A stretch of 64,000 nucleotides of DNA from NCBI GenBank assembly GCA_964057225.1, contig OZ059895.1, positions 21,886,001-21,950,000 of the forward strand, read 5' to 3'. A model generated the notes under the pieces. The model did not search any database and was not told the DNA's origin. It saw nothing but the letters and a program-made list of their open reading frames with translations. How positions within the stretch are numbered: position 1 is the first letter of the stretch; every line of letters begins with the position of its first letter. The DNA comes from Auanema rhodensis (taxonomy: Eukaryota; Animalia; Nematoda). The translations under genes and the position numbers were made by a program. Positions 1-11,908 of the stretch are shown here, piece by piece.

Positions 1-39
1 TTAAGCGTTTCTCAATGTAGTATAGTGCATTCGATGCGG

Positions 40-90
40 ATTTTTAAGCTGCGTCGATCTGTGTTATCAGATTTGCGCTAGCTTAAAAAT
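40..90. other. Intra-monomer inverted repeat 1 (long imperfect hairpin, present in every monomer)
   Basis: ATTTTTAAGCT (40-50) is the exact reverse complement of AGCTTAAAAAT (80-90). After a 1-nt bulge (T79), GCG/CGC pair (51-53/76-78) and ATCTG/CAGAT pair (57-61/68-72), leaving a 6-nt loop. Confidence 0.9.
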
Positions 91-107
91 GCACCGAGAT
101 ATCAACT

Positions 108-129
108 GATATAAGTTCACACTTATATC
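108..129. other. Intra-monomer inverted repeat 2 (perfect 9-bp stem, 4-nt loop)
   Basis: GATATAAGT-tcac-ACTTATATC. Confidence 0.92.
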
Positions 130-231
130 CTCGATTTTCACCCTGAAGAATTAATTTTTTCGTTGAATAACATTGTCCATCGTCTTTGCCTTGAAAAAAA
201 AAATCTGAAAACATCTACTTTTTGCTAAATT

Positions 232-266
232 ATTTTGAAATTTTTCGAAAAAATTTTTGTCAAAAT
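232..266. other. Intra-monomer imperfect A/T palindrome centred on TCGA
   Basis: TTTTTCGAAAAA (241-252) is a perfect palindrome, flanked by ATTTTGA (232-238) and TCAAAAT (260-266). It also contains the direct repeat AAATTTTT at 238-245 and 251-258. Confidence 0.85.
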
Positions 267-279
267 GTTTTTGGAAGCA

Positions 280-307
280 ATGTTGAGTGTACATGGAAAC
301 TCAACAT
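280..307. other. Intra-monomer inverted repeat 4 (perfect 9-bp stem, 10-nt loop)
   Basis: ATGTTGAGT-gtacatggaa-ACTCAACAT. Confidence 0.92.
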
Positions 308-351
308 ACACTAATGCATCATTTTTCAAACGATCATAACTAATTTTTGTA

Positions 352-702
352 TTAAGCGTTTCTCAATGTAGTATAGTGCATTCGATGCGGATTTTTAAGC
401 TGCGTCGATCTGTGTTATCAGATTTGCGCTAGCTTAAAAATGCACCGAGATATCAACTGATATAAGTTCACACTTATATCCTCGATTTTCACCCTGAAGA
501 ATTAATTTTTTCGTTGAATAACAATGTCCATCGTCTTCGCCTTGAAAAAAGGAATCTAAAAACATCTACTTTTCGCTAAATTATTTTGAAATTTTTCGAA
601 AAAATTTTTGTCAAAATGTTTTTGGAAGCAATGTTGAGTGTACATGGAAACTCAACATACACTAATGCATCATTTTTCAAACGATCATAACTAATTTTTG
701 TA
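352..702 (+). repeat. Representative monomer, class B (A173, C187, G200/G201, A207, C223)
   Basis: caatgt...cttcgccttgaaaaaaggaatctaaaaacatctacttttcgct; six differences from class A. Confidence 0.95.
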
Positions 703-1053
703 TTAAGCGTTTCTCAATGTAGTATAGTGAATTCGATGCGGATTTTTAAGCTGCGTCGATCTGTGTTATCAGATTTGCGCTAGCTTAAAAATGCACCGAG
801 ATATCAACTGATATAAGTTCACACTTATATCCTCGATTTTCACCCTGAAGAATTAATTTTTTCGTTGAATAACATTGTCCATCGTCTTTGCCTTGAAAAA
901 AAAAATCTGAAAACATCTACTTTTTGCTAAATTATTTTGAAATTTTTCGAAAAAATTTTTGTCAAAATGTTTTTGGAAGCAATGTTGAGTGTACATGGAA
1001 ACTCAACATACACTAATGCATCATTTTTCAAACGATCATAACTAATTTTTGTA

Positions 1054-1404
1054 TTAAGCGTTTCTCAATGTAGTATAGTGCATTCGATGCGGATTTTTAA
1101 GCTGCGTCGATCTGTGTTATCAGATTTGCGCTAGCTTAAAAATGCACCGAGATATCAACTGATATAAGTTCACACTTATATCCTCGATTTTCACCCTGAA
1201 GAATTAATTTTTTCGTTGAATAACAATGTCCATCGTCTTTGCCTTGAAAAAAGGAATCTAAAAACATCTACTTTTTGCTAAATTATTCTGAAATTTTTCG
1301 AAAAAATTTTTGTCAAAATGTTTTTGGAAGCAATGTTGAGTGTACATGGAAACTCAACATACACTAATGCATCATTTTTCAAACGATCATAACTAATTTT
1401 TGTA
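1054..1404 (+). repeat. Representative monomer, class C (A173, T187, GG, A207, T223, C235)
   Basis: ctttgccttgaaaaaaggaatcta...attattctgaaa; a recurrent subtype also carries T297 (catggtaactc). Confidence 0.95.
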
Positions 1405-2457
1405 TTAAGCGTTTCTCAATGTAGTATAGTGCATTCGATGCGGATTTTTAAGCTGCGTCGATCTGTGTTATCAGATTTGCGCTAGCTTAAAAATGCACCG
1501 AGATATCAACTGATATAAGTTCACACTTATATCCTCGATTTTCACCCTGAAGAATTAATTTTTTCGTTGAATAACATTGTCCATCGTCTTTGCCTTGAAA
1601 AAAAAAATCTGAAAACATCTACTTTTTGCTAAATTATTTTGAAATTTTTCGAAAAAATTTTTGTCAAAATGTTTTTGGAAGCAATGTTGAGTGTACATGG
1701 AAACTCAACATACACTAATGCATCATTTTTCAAACGATCATAACTAATTTTTGTATTAAGCGTTTCTCAATGTAGTATAGTGCATTCGATGCGGATTTTT
1801 AAGCTGCGTCGATCTGTGTTATCAGATTTGCGCTAGCTTAAAAATGCACCGAGATATCAACTGATATAAGTTTACACTTATATCCTCGATTTTCACCCTG
1901 AAGAATTAATTTTTTCGTTGAATAACAATGTCAATCGTCTTCGCCTTGAAAAAAGGAATCTAAAAACATCTACTTTTTGCTAAATTATTTTGAAATTTTT
2001 CGAAAAAATTTTTGTCAAAATGTTTTTGGAAGCAATGTTGAGTGTACATGAAAACTCAACATACACTAATGCATCATTTTTCAAACGATCATAACTAATT
2101 TTTGTATTAAGCGTTTCTCAATGTAGTATAGTGCATTCGATGCGGATTTTTAAGCTGCGTCGATCTGTGTTATCAGATTTGCGCTAGCTTGAAAATGCAC
2201 CGAGATATCAACTGATATAAGTTCACACTTATATCCTCGATTTTCACCCTGAAGAATTAATTTTTTCGTTGAATAACAATGTCCATCGTCTTCGCCTTGA
2301 AAAAAGGAATCTAAAAACATCTACTTTTTGCTAAATTATTTTGAAATTTTTCGAAAAAATTTTTGTCAAAATGTTTTTGGAAGCAATGTTGAGTGTACAT
2401 GGAAACTCAACATACACTAATGCATCATTTTTCAAACGATCATAACTAATTTTTGTA

Positions 2458-4563
2458 TTAAGCGTTTCTCAATGTAGTATAGTGCATTCGATGCGGATTT
2501 TTAAGCTGCGTCGATCTGTGTTATCAGATTTGCGCTAGCTTAAAAATGCACCGAGATATCAACTGATATAAGTTTACACTTATATCCTCGATTTTCACCC
2601 TGAAGAATTAATTTTTTCGTTGAATAACAATGTCCATCGTCTTCGCCTTGAAAAAAGGAATCTAAAAACATCTACTTTTTGCTAAATTATTTTGAAATTT
2701 TTCGAAAAAATTTTTGTCAAAATTTTTTTGGAAGCAATGTTGAGTGTACATGGAAACTCAACATACACTAATGCATCATTTTTCGAACGATCATAACTAA
2801 TTTTTGTATTAAGCGTTTCTCAATGTAGTATAGTGCATTCGATGCGGATTTTTAAGCTGCGTCGATCTGTGTTATCAGATTTGCGCTAGCTTAAAAATGC
2901 ACCGAGATATCAACTGATATAAGTTCACACTTATATCCTCGATTTTCACCCTGAAGAATTAATTTTTTCGTTGAATAACATCGTCCATCGTCTTCGCCTT
3001 GAAAAAAGGAATCTAAAAACATCTACTTTTTGCTAAATTATTTTGAAATTTTTCGAAAAAATTTTTGTCAAAATGTTTTTGGAAGCAATGTTGAGTGTAC
3101 ATGGAAACTCAACATACACTAATGCATCATTTTTCAAACGATCATAACTAATTTTTGTATTAAGTGTTTCTCAATGTAGTATAGTGCATTCGATGCGGAT
3201 TTTTAAGCTGCGTCGATCTGTGTTATCAGATTTGCGCTAGCTTAAAAATGCACCGAGATATCAACTGATATAAGTTCACACTTATATCCTCGATTTTCAC
3301 CCTGAAGAATTAATTTTTTCGTTGAATAACAATGTCCATCGTCTTCGCCTTGAAAAAAGGAATCTAAAAACATCTACTTTTTGCTAAATTATTTTGAAAT
3401 TTTTCGAAAAAATTTTTGTCAAAATGTTTTTGGAAGCAATGTTGAGTGTACATGAAAACTCAACATACACTAATGCATCATTTTTCAAACGATCATAACT
3501 AATTTTTGTATTAAGCGTTTCTCAATGTAGTATAGTGCATTCGATGCGGATTTTTAAGCTGCGTCGATCTGTGTTATCAGATTTGCGCTAGCTTAAAAAT
3601 GCACCGAGATATCAACTGATATAAGTTCACACTTATATCCTCGATTTTCACCCTGAAGAATTAATTTTTTCGTTGAATAACAATGTCCATCGTCTTCGCC
3701 TTGAAAAAAGGAATCTAAAAACATCTACTTTTTGCTAAATTATTTTGAAATTTTTCGAAAAAATTTTTGTCAAAATTTTTTTGGAAGCAATGTTGAGTGT
3801 ACATGGAAACTCAACATACACTAATGCATCATTTTTCGAACGATCATAACTAATTTTTGTATTAAGCGTTTCTCAATGTAGTATAGTGCATTCGATGCGG
3901 ATTTTTAAGCTGCGTCGATCTGTGTTATCAGATTTGCGCTAGCTTAAAAATGCACCGAGATATCAACTGATATAAGTTCACACTTATATCCTCGATTTTC
4001 ACCCTGAAGAATTAATTTTTTCGTTGAATAACATCGTCCATCGTCTTCGCCTTGAAAAAAGGAATCTAAAAACATCTACTTTTTGCTAAATTATTTTGAA
4101 ATTTTTCGAAAAAATTTTTGTCAAAATGTTTTTGGAAGCAATGTTGAGTGTACATGGAAACTCAACATACACTAATGCATCATTTTTCAAACGATCATAA
4201 CTAATTTTTGTATTAAGTGTTTCTCAATGTAGTATAGTGCATTCGATGCGGATTTTTAAGCTGCGTCGATCTGTGTTATCAGATTTGCGCTAGCTTAAAA
4301 ATGCACCGAGATATCAACTGATATAAGTTCACACTTATATCCTCGATTTTCACCCTGAAGAATTAATTTTTTCGTTGAATAACAATGTCCATCGTCTTCG
4401 CCTTGAAAAAAGGAATCTAAAAACATCTACTTTTTGCTAAATTATTTTGAAATTTTTCGAAAAAATTTTTGTCAAAATGTTTTTGGAAGCAATGTTGAGT
4501 GTACATGAAAACTCAACATACACTAATGCATCATTTTTCAAACGATCATAACTAATTTTTGTA
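2458..4563 (+). repeat. Local 3-monomer (1053-bp) tandem duplication of D-class monomers
   Basis: The marker order [T267+G328]-[acatcgtcc]-[ttaagtg+A296] occurs at 2458/2809/3160 and again at 3511/3862/4213. Confidence 0.85.
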
Positions 4564-7500
4564 TTAAGCGTTTCTCAATGTAGTATAGTGCATTCGATGC
4601 GGATTTTTAAGCTGCGTCGATCTGTGTTATCAGATTTGCGCTAGCTTAAAAATGCACCGAGATATCAACTGATATAAGTTTACACTTATATCCTCGATTT
4701 TCACCCTGAAGAATTAATTTTTTCGTTGAATAACAATGTCCATCGTCTTCGCCTTGAAAAAAGGAATCTAAAAACATCTACTTTTCGCTAAATTATTTTG
4801 AAATTTTTCGAAAAAATTTTTGTCAAAATGTTTTTGGAAGCAATGTTGAGTGTACATGGAAACTCAACATACACTAATGCATCATTTTTCAAACGATCAT
4901 AACTAATTTTTGTATTAAGCGTTTCTCAATGTAGTATAGTGCATTCGATGCGGATTTTTAAGCTGCGTCGATCTGTGTTATCAGATTTGCGCTAGCTTAA
5001 AAATGCACCGAGATATCAACTGATATAAGTTCACACTTATATCCTCGATTTTCACCCTGAAGAATTAAGTTTTTCGTTGAATAACAATGTCCATCGTCTT
5101 TGCCTTGAAAAAAGGAATCTAAAAACATCTACTTTTTGCTAAATTATTCTGAAATTTTTCGAAAAAATTTTTGTCAAAATGTTTTTGGAAGCAATGTTGA
5201 GTGTACATGGTAACTCAACATACACTAATGCATCATTTTTCAAACGATCATAACTAATTTTTGTATTAAGCGTTTCTCAATGTAGTATAGTGCATTCGAT
5301 GCGGATTTTTAAGCTGCGTCGATCTGTGTTATCAGATTTGCGCTAGCTTAAAAATGCACCGAGATATCAACTGATATAAGTTCACACTTATATCCTCGAT
5401 TTTCACCCTGAAGAATTAATTTTTTCGTTGAATAACATTGTCCATCGTCTTTGCCTTGAAAAAAAAAATCTGAAAACATCTACTTTTTGCTAAATTATTT
5501 TGAAATTTTTCGAAAAAATTTTTGTCAAAATGTTTTTGGAAGCAATGTTGAGTGTACATGGAAACTCAACATACACTAATGCATCATTTTTCAAAAGATC
5601 ATAACTAATTTTTGTATAAAGCGTTTCTCAATGTAGTATAGTGCATTCGATGCGGATTTTTAAGCTGCGTCGATCTGTGTTATCAGATTTGCGCTAGCTT
5701 AAAAATGCACCGAGATATCAACTGATATAAGTTCACACTTATATCCTCGATTTTCACCCTGAAGAATTAATTTTTTCGTTGAATAACAATGTCCATCGTC
5801 TTCGCCTTGAAAAAAAGAATCTAAAAACATCTACTTTTCGCTAAATTATTTTGAAATTTTTCGAAAAAATTTTTGTCAAAATGTTTTTGGAAGCAATGTT
5901 GAGTGTACATGGAAACTCAACATACACTAATGCATCATTTTTCAAACGATCATAACTAATTTTTGTATTAAGCGTTTCTCAATGTAGTATAGTGCATTCG
6001 ATGCGGATTTTTAAGCTGCGTCGATCTGTGTTATCAGATTTGCGCTAGCTTAAAAATGCACCGAGATATCAACTGATATAAGTTCACACTTATATCCTCG
6101 ATTTTCACCCTGAAGAATTAATTTTTTCGTTGAATAACAATGTCCATCGTCTTTGCCTTGAAAAAAGGAATCTAAAAACATCTACTTTTTGCTAAATTAT
6201 TTTGAAATTTTTCGAAAAAATTTTTGTCAAAATGTTTTTGGAAGCAATGTTGAGTGTACATGGTAACTCAACATACACTAATGCATCATTTTTCAAACGA
6301 TCATAACTAATTTTTGTATTAAGCGTTTCTCAATGTAGTATAGTGCATTCGATGCGGATTTTTAAGCTGCGTCGATCTGTGTTATCAGATTTGCGCTAGC
6401 TTAAAAATGCACCGAGATATCAACTGATATAAGTTCACACTTATATCCTCGATTTTCACCCTGAAGAATTAATTTTTTCGTTGAATAACATTGTCCATCG
6501 TCTTTGCCTTGAAAAAAAAAATCTGAAAACATCTACTTTTTGCTAAATTATTTTGAAATTTTTCGAAAAAATTTTTGTCAAAATGTTTTTGGAAGCAATG
6601 TTGAGTGTACATGGAAACTCAACATACACTAATGCATCATTTTTCAAACGATCATAACTAATTTTTGTATTAAGCGTTTCTCAATGTAGTATAGTGCATT
6701 CGATGCGGATTTTTAAGCTGCGTCGATCTGTGTTATCAGATTTGCGCTAGCTTAAAAATGCACCGAGATATCAACTGATATAAGTTCACACTTATATCCT
6801 CGATTTTCACCCTGAAGAATTAATTTTTTCGTTGAATAACAATGTCCATCGTCTTCGCCTTGAAAAAAGGAATCTAAAAACATCTACTTTTCGCTAAATT
6901 ATTTTGAAATTTTTCGAAAAAATTTTTGTCAAAATGTTTTTGGAAGCAATGTTGAGTGTACATGGAAACTCAACATACACTAATGCATCATTTTTCAAAC
7001 GATCATAACTAATTTTTAAATTAAGCGTTTCTCAATGTAGTATAGTGCATTCGATGCGGATTTTTAAGCTGCGTCGATCTGTGTTATCAGATTTGCGCTA
7101 GCTTAAAAATGCACCGAGATATCAACTGATATAAGTTCACACTTATATCCTCGATTTTCACCCTGAAGAATTAATTTTTTCGTTGAATAACAATGTCCAT
7201 CGTCTTTGCCTTGAAAAAAGGAATCTAAAAACATCTACTTTTTGCTAAATTATTCTGAAATTTTTCGAAAAAATTTTTGTCAAAATGTTTTTGGAAGCAA
7301 TGTTGAGTGTACATGGTAACTCAACATACACTAATGCATCATTTTTCAAACGATCATAACTAATTTTTGTATTGAGCGTTTCTCAATGTAGTATAGTGCA
7401 TTCGATGCGGATTTTTAAGCTGCGTCGATCTGTGTTATCAGATTTGCGCTAGCTTAAAAATGCACCGAGATATCAACTGATATAAGTTCACACTTATATC

Positions 7501-8424
7501 CTCGATTTTCACCCTGAAGAATTAATTTTTTCGTTGAATAACATTGTCCATCGTCTTTGCCTTGAAAAAAAAAATCTGAAAACATCTACTTTTTGCTAAA
7601 TTATTTTGAAATTTTTCGAAAAAATTTTTGTCAAAATGTTTTTGGAAGCAATGTTGAGTGTACATGGAAACTCAACATACACTAATGCATCATTTTTCAA
7701 ACGATCATAACTAATTTTTGTATTGAGCGTTTCTCAATGTAGTATAGTGCATTCGATGCGGATTTTTAAGCTGCGTCGATCTGTGTTATCAGATTTGCGC
7801 TAGCTTAAAAATGCACCGAGATATCAACTGATATAAGTTCACACTTATATCCTCGATTTTCACCCTGAAGAATTAATTTTTTCGTTGAATAACAATGTCC
7901 ATCGTCTTCGCCTTGAAAAAAGGAATCTAAAAACATCTACTTTTCGCTAAATTATTTTGAAATTTTTCGAAAAAATTTTTGTCAAAATGTTTTTGGAAGC
8001 AATGTTGAGTGTACATGGAAACTCAACATACACTAATGCATCATTTTTCAAACGATCATAACTAATTTTTGTATTAAGCGTTTCTCAATGTAGTATAGTG
8101 AATTCGATGCGGATTTTTAAGCTGCGTCGATCTGTGTTATCAGATTTGCGCTAGCTTAAAAATGCACCGAGATATCAACTGATATAAGTTCACACTTATA
8201 TCCTCGATTTTCACCCTGAAGAATTAATTTTTTCGTTGAATAACATTGTCCATCGTCTTTGCCTTGAAAAAAAAAATCTGAAAACATCTACTTTTTGCTA
8301 AATTATTTTGAAATTTTTCGAAAAAATTTTTGTCAAAATGTTTTTGGAAGCAATGTTGAGTGTACATGGAAACTCAACATACACTAATGCATCATTTTTC
8401 AAACGATCATAACTAATTTTTGTA

Positions 8425-11400
8425 TTAAGCGTTTCTCAATGTAGTATAGTGCATTCGATGCGGATTTTTAAGCTGCGTCGATCTGTGTTATCAGATTTGC
8501 GCTAGCTTAAAAATGCACCGAGATATCAACTGATATAAGTTCACACTTATATCCTCGATTTTCACCCTGAAGAATTAATTTTTTCGTTGAATAACAATGT
8601 CCATCGTCTTCGCCTTGAAAAAAGGAATCTAAAAACATCTACTTTTCGCTAAATTATTTTGAAATTTTTGTCAAAATGTTTTTGGAAGCAATGTTGAGTG
8701 TACATGGAAACTCAACATACACTAATGCATCATTTTTCAAACGATCATAACTAATTTTTGTATCAAGCGTTTCTCAATGTAGTATAGTGAATTCGATGCG
8801 GATTTTTAAGCTGCGTCGATCTGTGTTATCAGATTTGCGCTAGCTTAAAAATGCACCGAGATATCAACTGATATAAGTTCACACTTATATCCTCGATTTT
8901 CACCCTGAAGAATTAATTTTTTCGTTGAATAACATTGTCCATCGTCTTTGCCTTGAAAAAAAAAATCTGAAAACATCTACTTTTTGCTAAATTATTTTGA
9001 AATTTTTCGAAAAAATTTTTGTCAAAATGTTTTTGGAAGCAATGTTGTGTGTACATGGAAACTCAACATACACTAATGCATCATTTTTCAAACGATCATA
9101 ACTAATTTTTGTATTAAGCGTTTCTCAATGTAGTATAGTGCATTCGATGCGGATTTTTAAGCTGCGTCGATCTGTGTTATCAGATTTCAGCTAGCTTAAA
9201 AATGCACCGAGATATCAACTGATATAAGTTCACACTTATATCCTCGATTTTCACCCTGAAGAATTAATTTTTTCGTTGAATAACAATGTCCATCGTCTTC
9301 GCCTTGAAAAAAGGAATCTAAAAACATCTACGTTTCGCTAAATTATTTTGAAATTTTTCGAAAAAATTTTTGTCAAAATGTTTTTGGAAGCAATGTTGAG
9401 TGTACATGAAAACTCAACATACACTAATGCATCATTTTTCAAACGATCATAACTAATTTTTGTATTAAGCGTTTCTCAATGTAGTATAGTGCATTCGATG
9501 CGGATTTTTAAGCTGCGTCGATCTGTGTTATCAGATTTGCGCTAGCTTAAAAATGCACCGAGATATCAACTGATATAAGTTCACACTTATATCCTCGATT
9601 TTCACCCTGAAGAATTAATTTTTTCGTTGAATAACAATGTCCATCGTCTTTGCCTTGAAAAAAGGAATCTAAAAACATCTACTTTTTGCTAAATTATTCT
9701 GAAATTTTTCGAAAAAATTTTTGTCAAAATGTTTTTGGAAGCAATGTTGAGTGTACATGGAAACTCAACATACACTAATGCATCATTCTTCAAACGATCA
9801 TAACTAATTTTTGTATTAAGCGTTTCTCAATGTAGTATAGTGCATTCGATGCGGATTTTTAAGCTGCGTCGATCTGTGTTATCAGATTTGCGCTAGCTTA
9901 AAAATGCACCGAGATATCAACTGATATAAGTTCACACTTATATCCTCGATTTTCACCCTGAAGAATTAATTTTTTCGTTGAATAACATTGTCCATCGTCT
10001 TTGCCTTGAAAAAAAAAATCTGAAAACATCTACTTTTTGCTAAATTATTTTGAAATTTTTCGAAAAAATTTTTGTCAAAATGTTTTTGGAAGCAATGTTG
10101 AGTGTACATGGAAACTCAACATACACTAATGCATCATTTTTCAAACGATCATAACTAATTTTTGTATTAAGCGTTTCTCAATGTAGTATAGTGAATTCGA
10201 TGCGGATTTTTAAGCTGCGTCGATCTGTGTTATCAGATTTGCGCTAGCTTAAAAATGCACCGAGATATCAACTGATATAAGTTCACACTTATATCCTCGA
10301 TTTTCACCCTGAAGAATTAATTTTTTCGTTGAATAACAATGTCCATCGTCTTCGCCTTGAAAAAAGGAATCTAAAAACATCTACTTTTCGCTAAATTATT
10401 TTGAAATTTTTGTCAAAATGTTTTTGGAAGCAATGTTGAGTGTACATGGAAACTCAACATACACTAATGCATCATTTTTCAAACGATCATAACTAATTTT
10501 TGTATCAAGCGTTTCTCAATGTAGTATAGTGAATTCGATGCGGATTTTTAAGCTGCGTCGATCTGTGTTATCAGATTTGCGCTAGCTTAAAAATGCACCG
10601 AGATATCAACTGATATAAGTTCACACTTATATCCTCGATTTTCACCCTGAAGAATTAATTTTTTCGTTGAATAACATTGTCCATCGTCTTTGCCTTGAAA
10701 AAAAAAATCTGAAAACATCTACTTTTTGCTAAATTATTTTGAAATTTTTCGAAAAAATTTTTGTCAAAATGTTTTTGGAAGCAATGTTGTGTGTACATGG
10801 AAACTCAACATACACTAATGCATCATTTTTCAAACGATCATAACTAATTTTTGTATTAAGCGTTTCTCAATGTAGTATAGTGCATTCGATGCGGATTTTT
10901 AAGCTGCGTCGATCTGTGTTATCAGATTTCCGCTAGCTTAAAAATGCACCGAGATATCAACTGATATAAGTTCACACTTATATCCTCGATTTTCACCCTG
11001 AAGAATTAATTTTTTCGTTGAATAACAATGTCCATCGTCTTCGCCTTGAAAAAAGGAATCTAAAAACATCTACGTTTCGCTAAATTATTTTGAAATTTTT
11101 CGAAAAAATTTTTGTCAAAATGTTTTTGGAAGCAATGTTGAGTGTACATGGAAACTCAACATACACTAATGCATCATTTTTCAAACGATCATAACTAATT
11201 TTTGTATTAAGCGTTTCTCAATGTAGTATAGTGCATTCGATGCGGATTTTTAAGCTGCGTCGATCTGTGTTATCAGATTTGCGCTAGCTTAAAAATGCAC
11301 CGAGATATCAACTGATATAAGTTCACACTTATATCCTCGATTTTCACCCTGAAGAATTAATTTTTTCGTTGAATAACAATGTCCATCGTCTTTGCCTTGA

Positions 11401-11908
11401 AAAAAGGAATCTAAAAACATCTACTTTTTGCTAAATTATTCTGAAATTTTTCGAAAAAATTTTTGTCAAAATGTTTTTGGAAGCAATGTTGAGTGTACAT
11501 GGAAACTCAACATACACTAATGCATCATTTTTCAAACGATCATAACTAATTTTTGTATTAAGCGTTTCTCAATGTAGTATAGTGCATTCGATGCGGATTT
11601 TTAAGCTGCGTCGATCTGTGTTATCAGATTTGCGCTAGCTTAAAAATGCACCGAGATATCAACTGATATAAGTTCACACTTATATCCTCGATTTTCACCC
11701 TGAAGAATTAATTTTTTCGTTGAATAACATTGTCCATCGTCTTTGCCTTGAAAAAAAAAATCTGAAAACATCTACTTTTTGCTAAATTATTTTGAAATTT
11801 TTCGAAAAAATTTTTGTCAAAATGTTTTTGGAAGCAATGTTGAGTGTACATGGAAACTCAACATACACTAATGCATCATTTTTCAAACGATCATAACTAA
11901 TTTTTGTA
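8425..11908 (+). repeat. 5-monomer (1742-bp) tandem duplication marked by a 338-bp deleted monomer
   Basis: B(del13)-A(tcaagc, GAATTC, tgttgtgt)-B(C75, tacgtttcg)-C-A at 8425 and again at 10167. Confidence 0.92.

Larger units (their letters stand above)
1..351 (+). repeat. Representative monomer, class A (T173, T187, A200/A201, G207, T223, T235)
   Basis: Read directly: cattgt...ctttgccttg(A10)tctgaaaa. Hand count 57 C + 52 G of 351. The monomer start is arbitrary and set by the window edge. Confidence 0.97.

Noticed and set aside
40-129. Rho-independent terminators or bacterial regulatory hairpins
   Set aside because: The stems are AT-rich, there are no adjacent genes, and the context is a eukaryote-type satellite.
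158-174. CENP-B box-like motif (TTTCGTTGAATAAC)
   Set aside because: It matches only the TTCG half of the TTCG....A..CGGG consensus; the CGGG half is absent.
1-351. Tandem RNA gene (5S rRNA, tRNA, snRNA, spliced leader) or rDNA spacer
   Set aside because: No recognisable 5S or tRNA sequence, cloverleaf or Pol III A/B boxes. An Rfam/Infernal scan would be the definitive test.
1-351. Assignment to a known ~350-360-bp satellite (e.g. Drosophila 1.688/359-bp or tenebrionid beetle satellites)
   Set aside because: Only length and AT content are similar. I recognise no sequence identity and cannot run a search.
1-1053. Giant repetitive protein (351 = 117 codons keeps the frame across monomers)
   Set aside because: The ORF track shows nothing longer than 63 aa and nothing crossing a monomer junction, so divisibility by 3 looks coincidental.
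2151-2191. Compensatory change in hairpin 1 (A85G at 2191 versus T45C in other monomers, the same base pair)
   Set aside because: The two changes never occur in the same monomer, so there is no covariation evidence.
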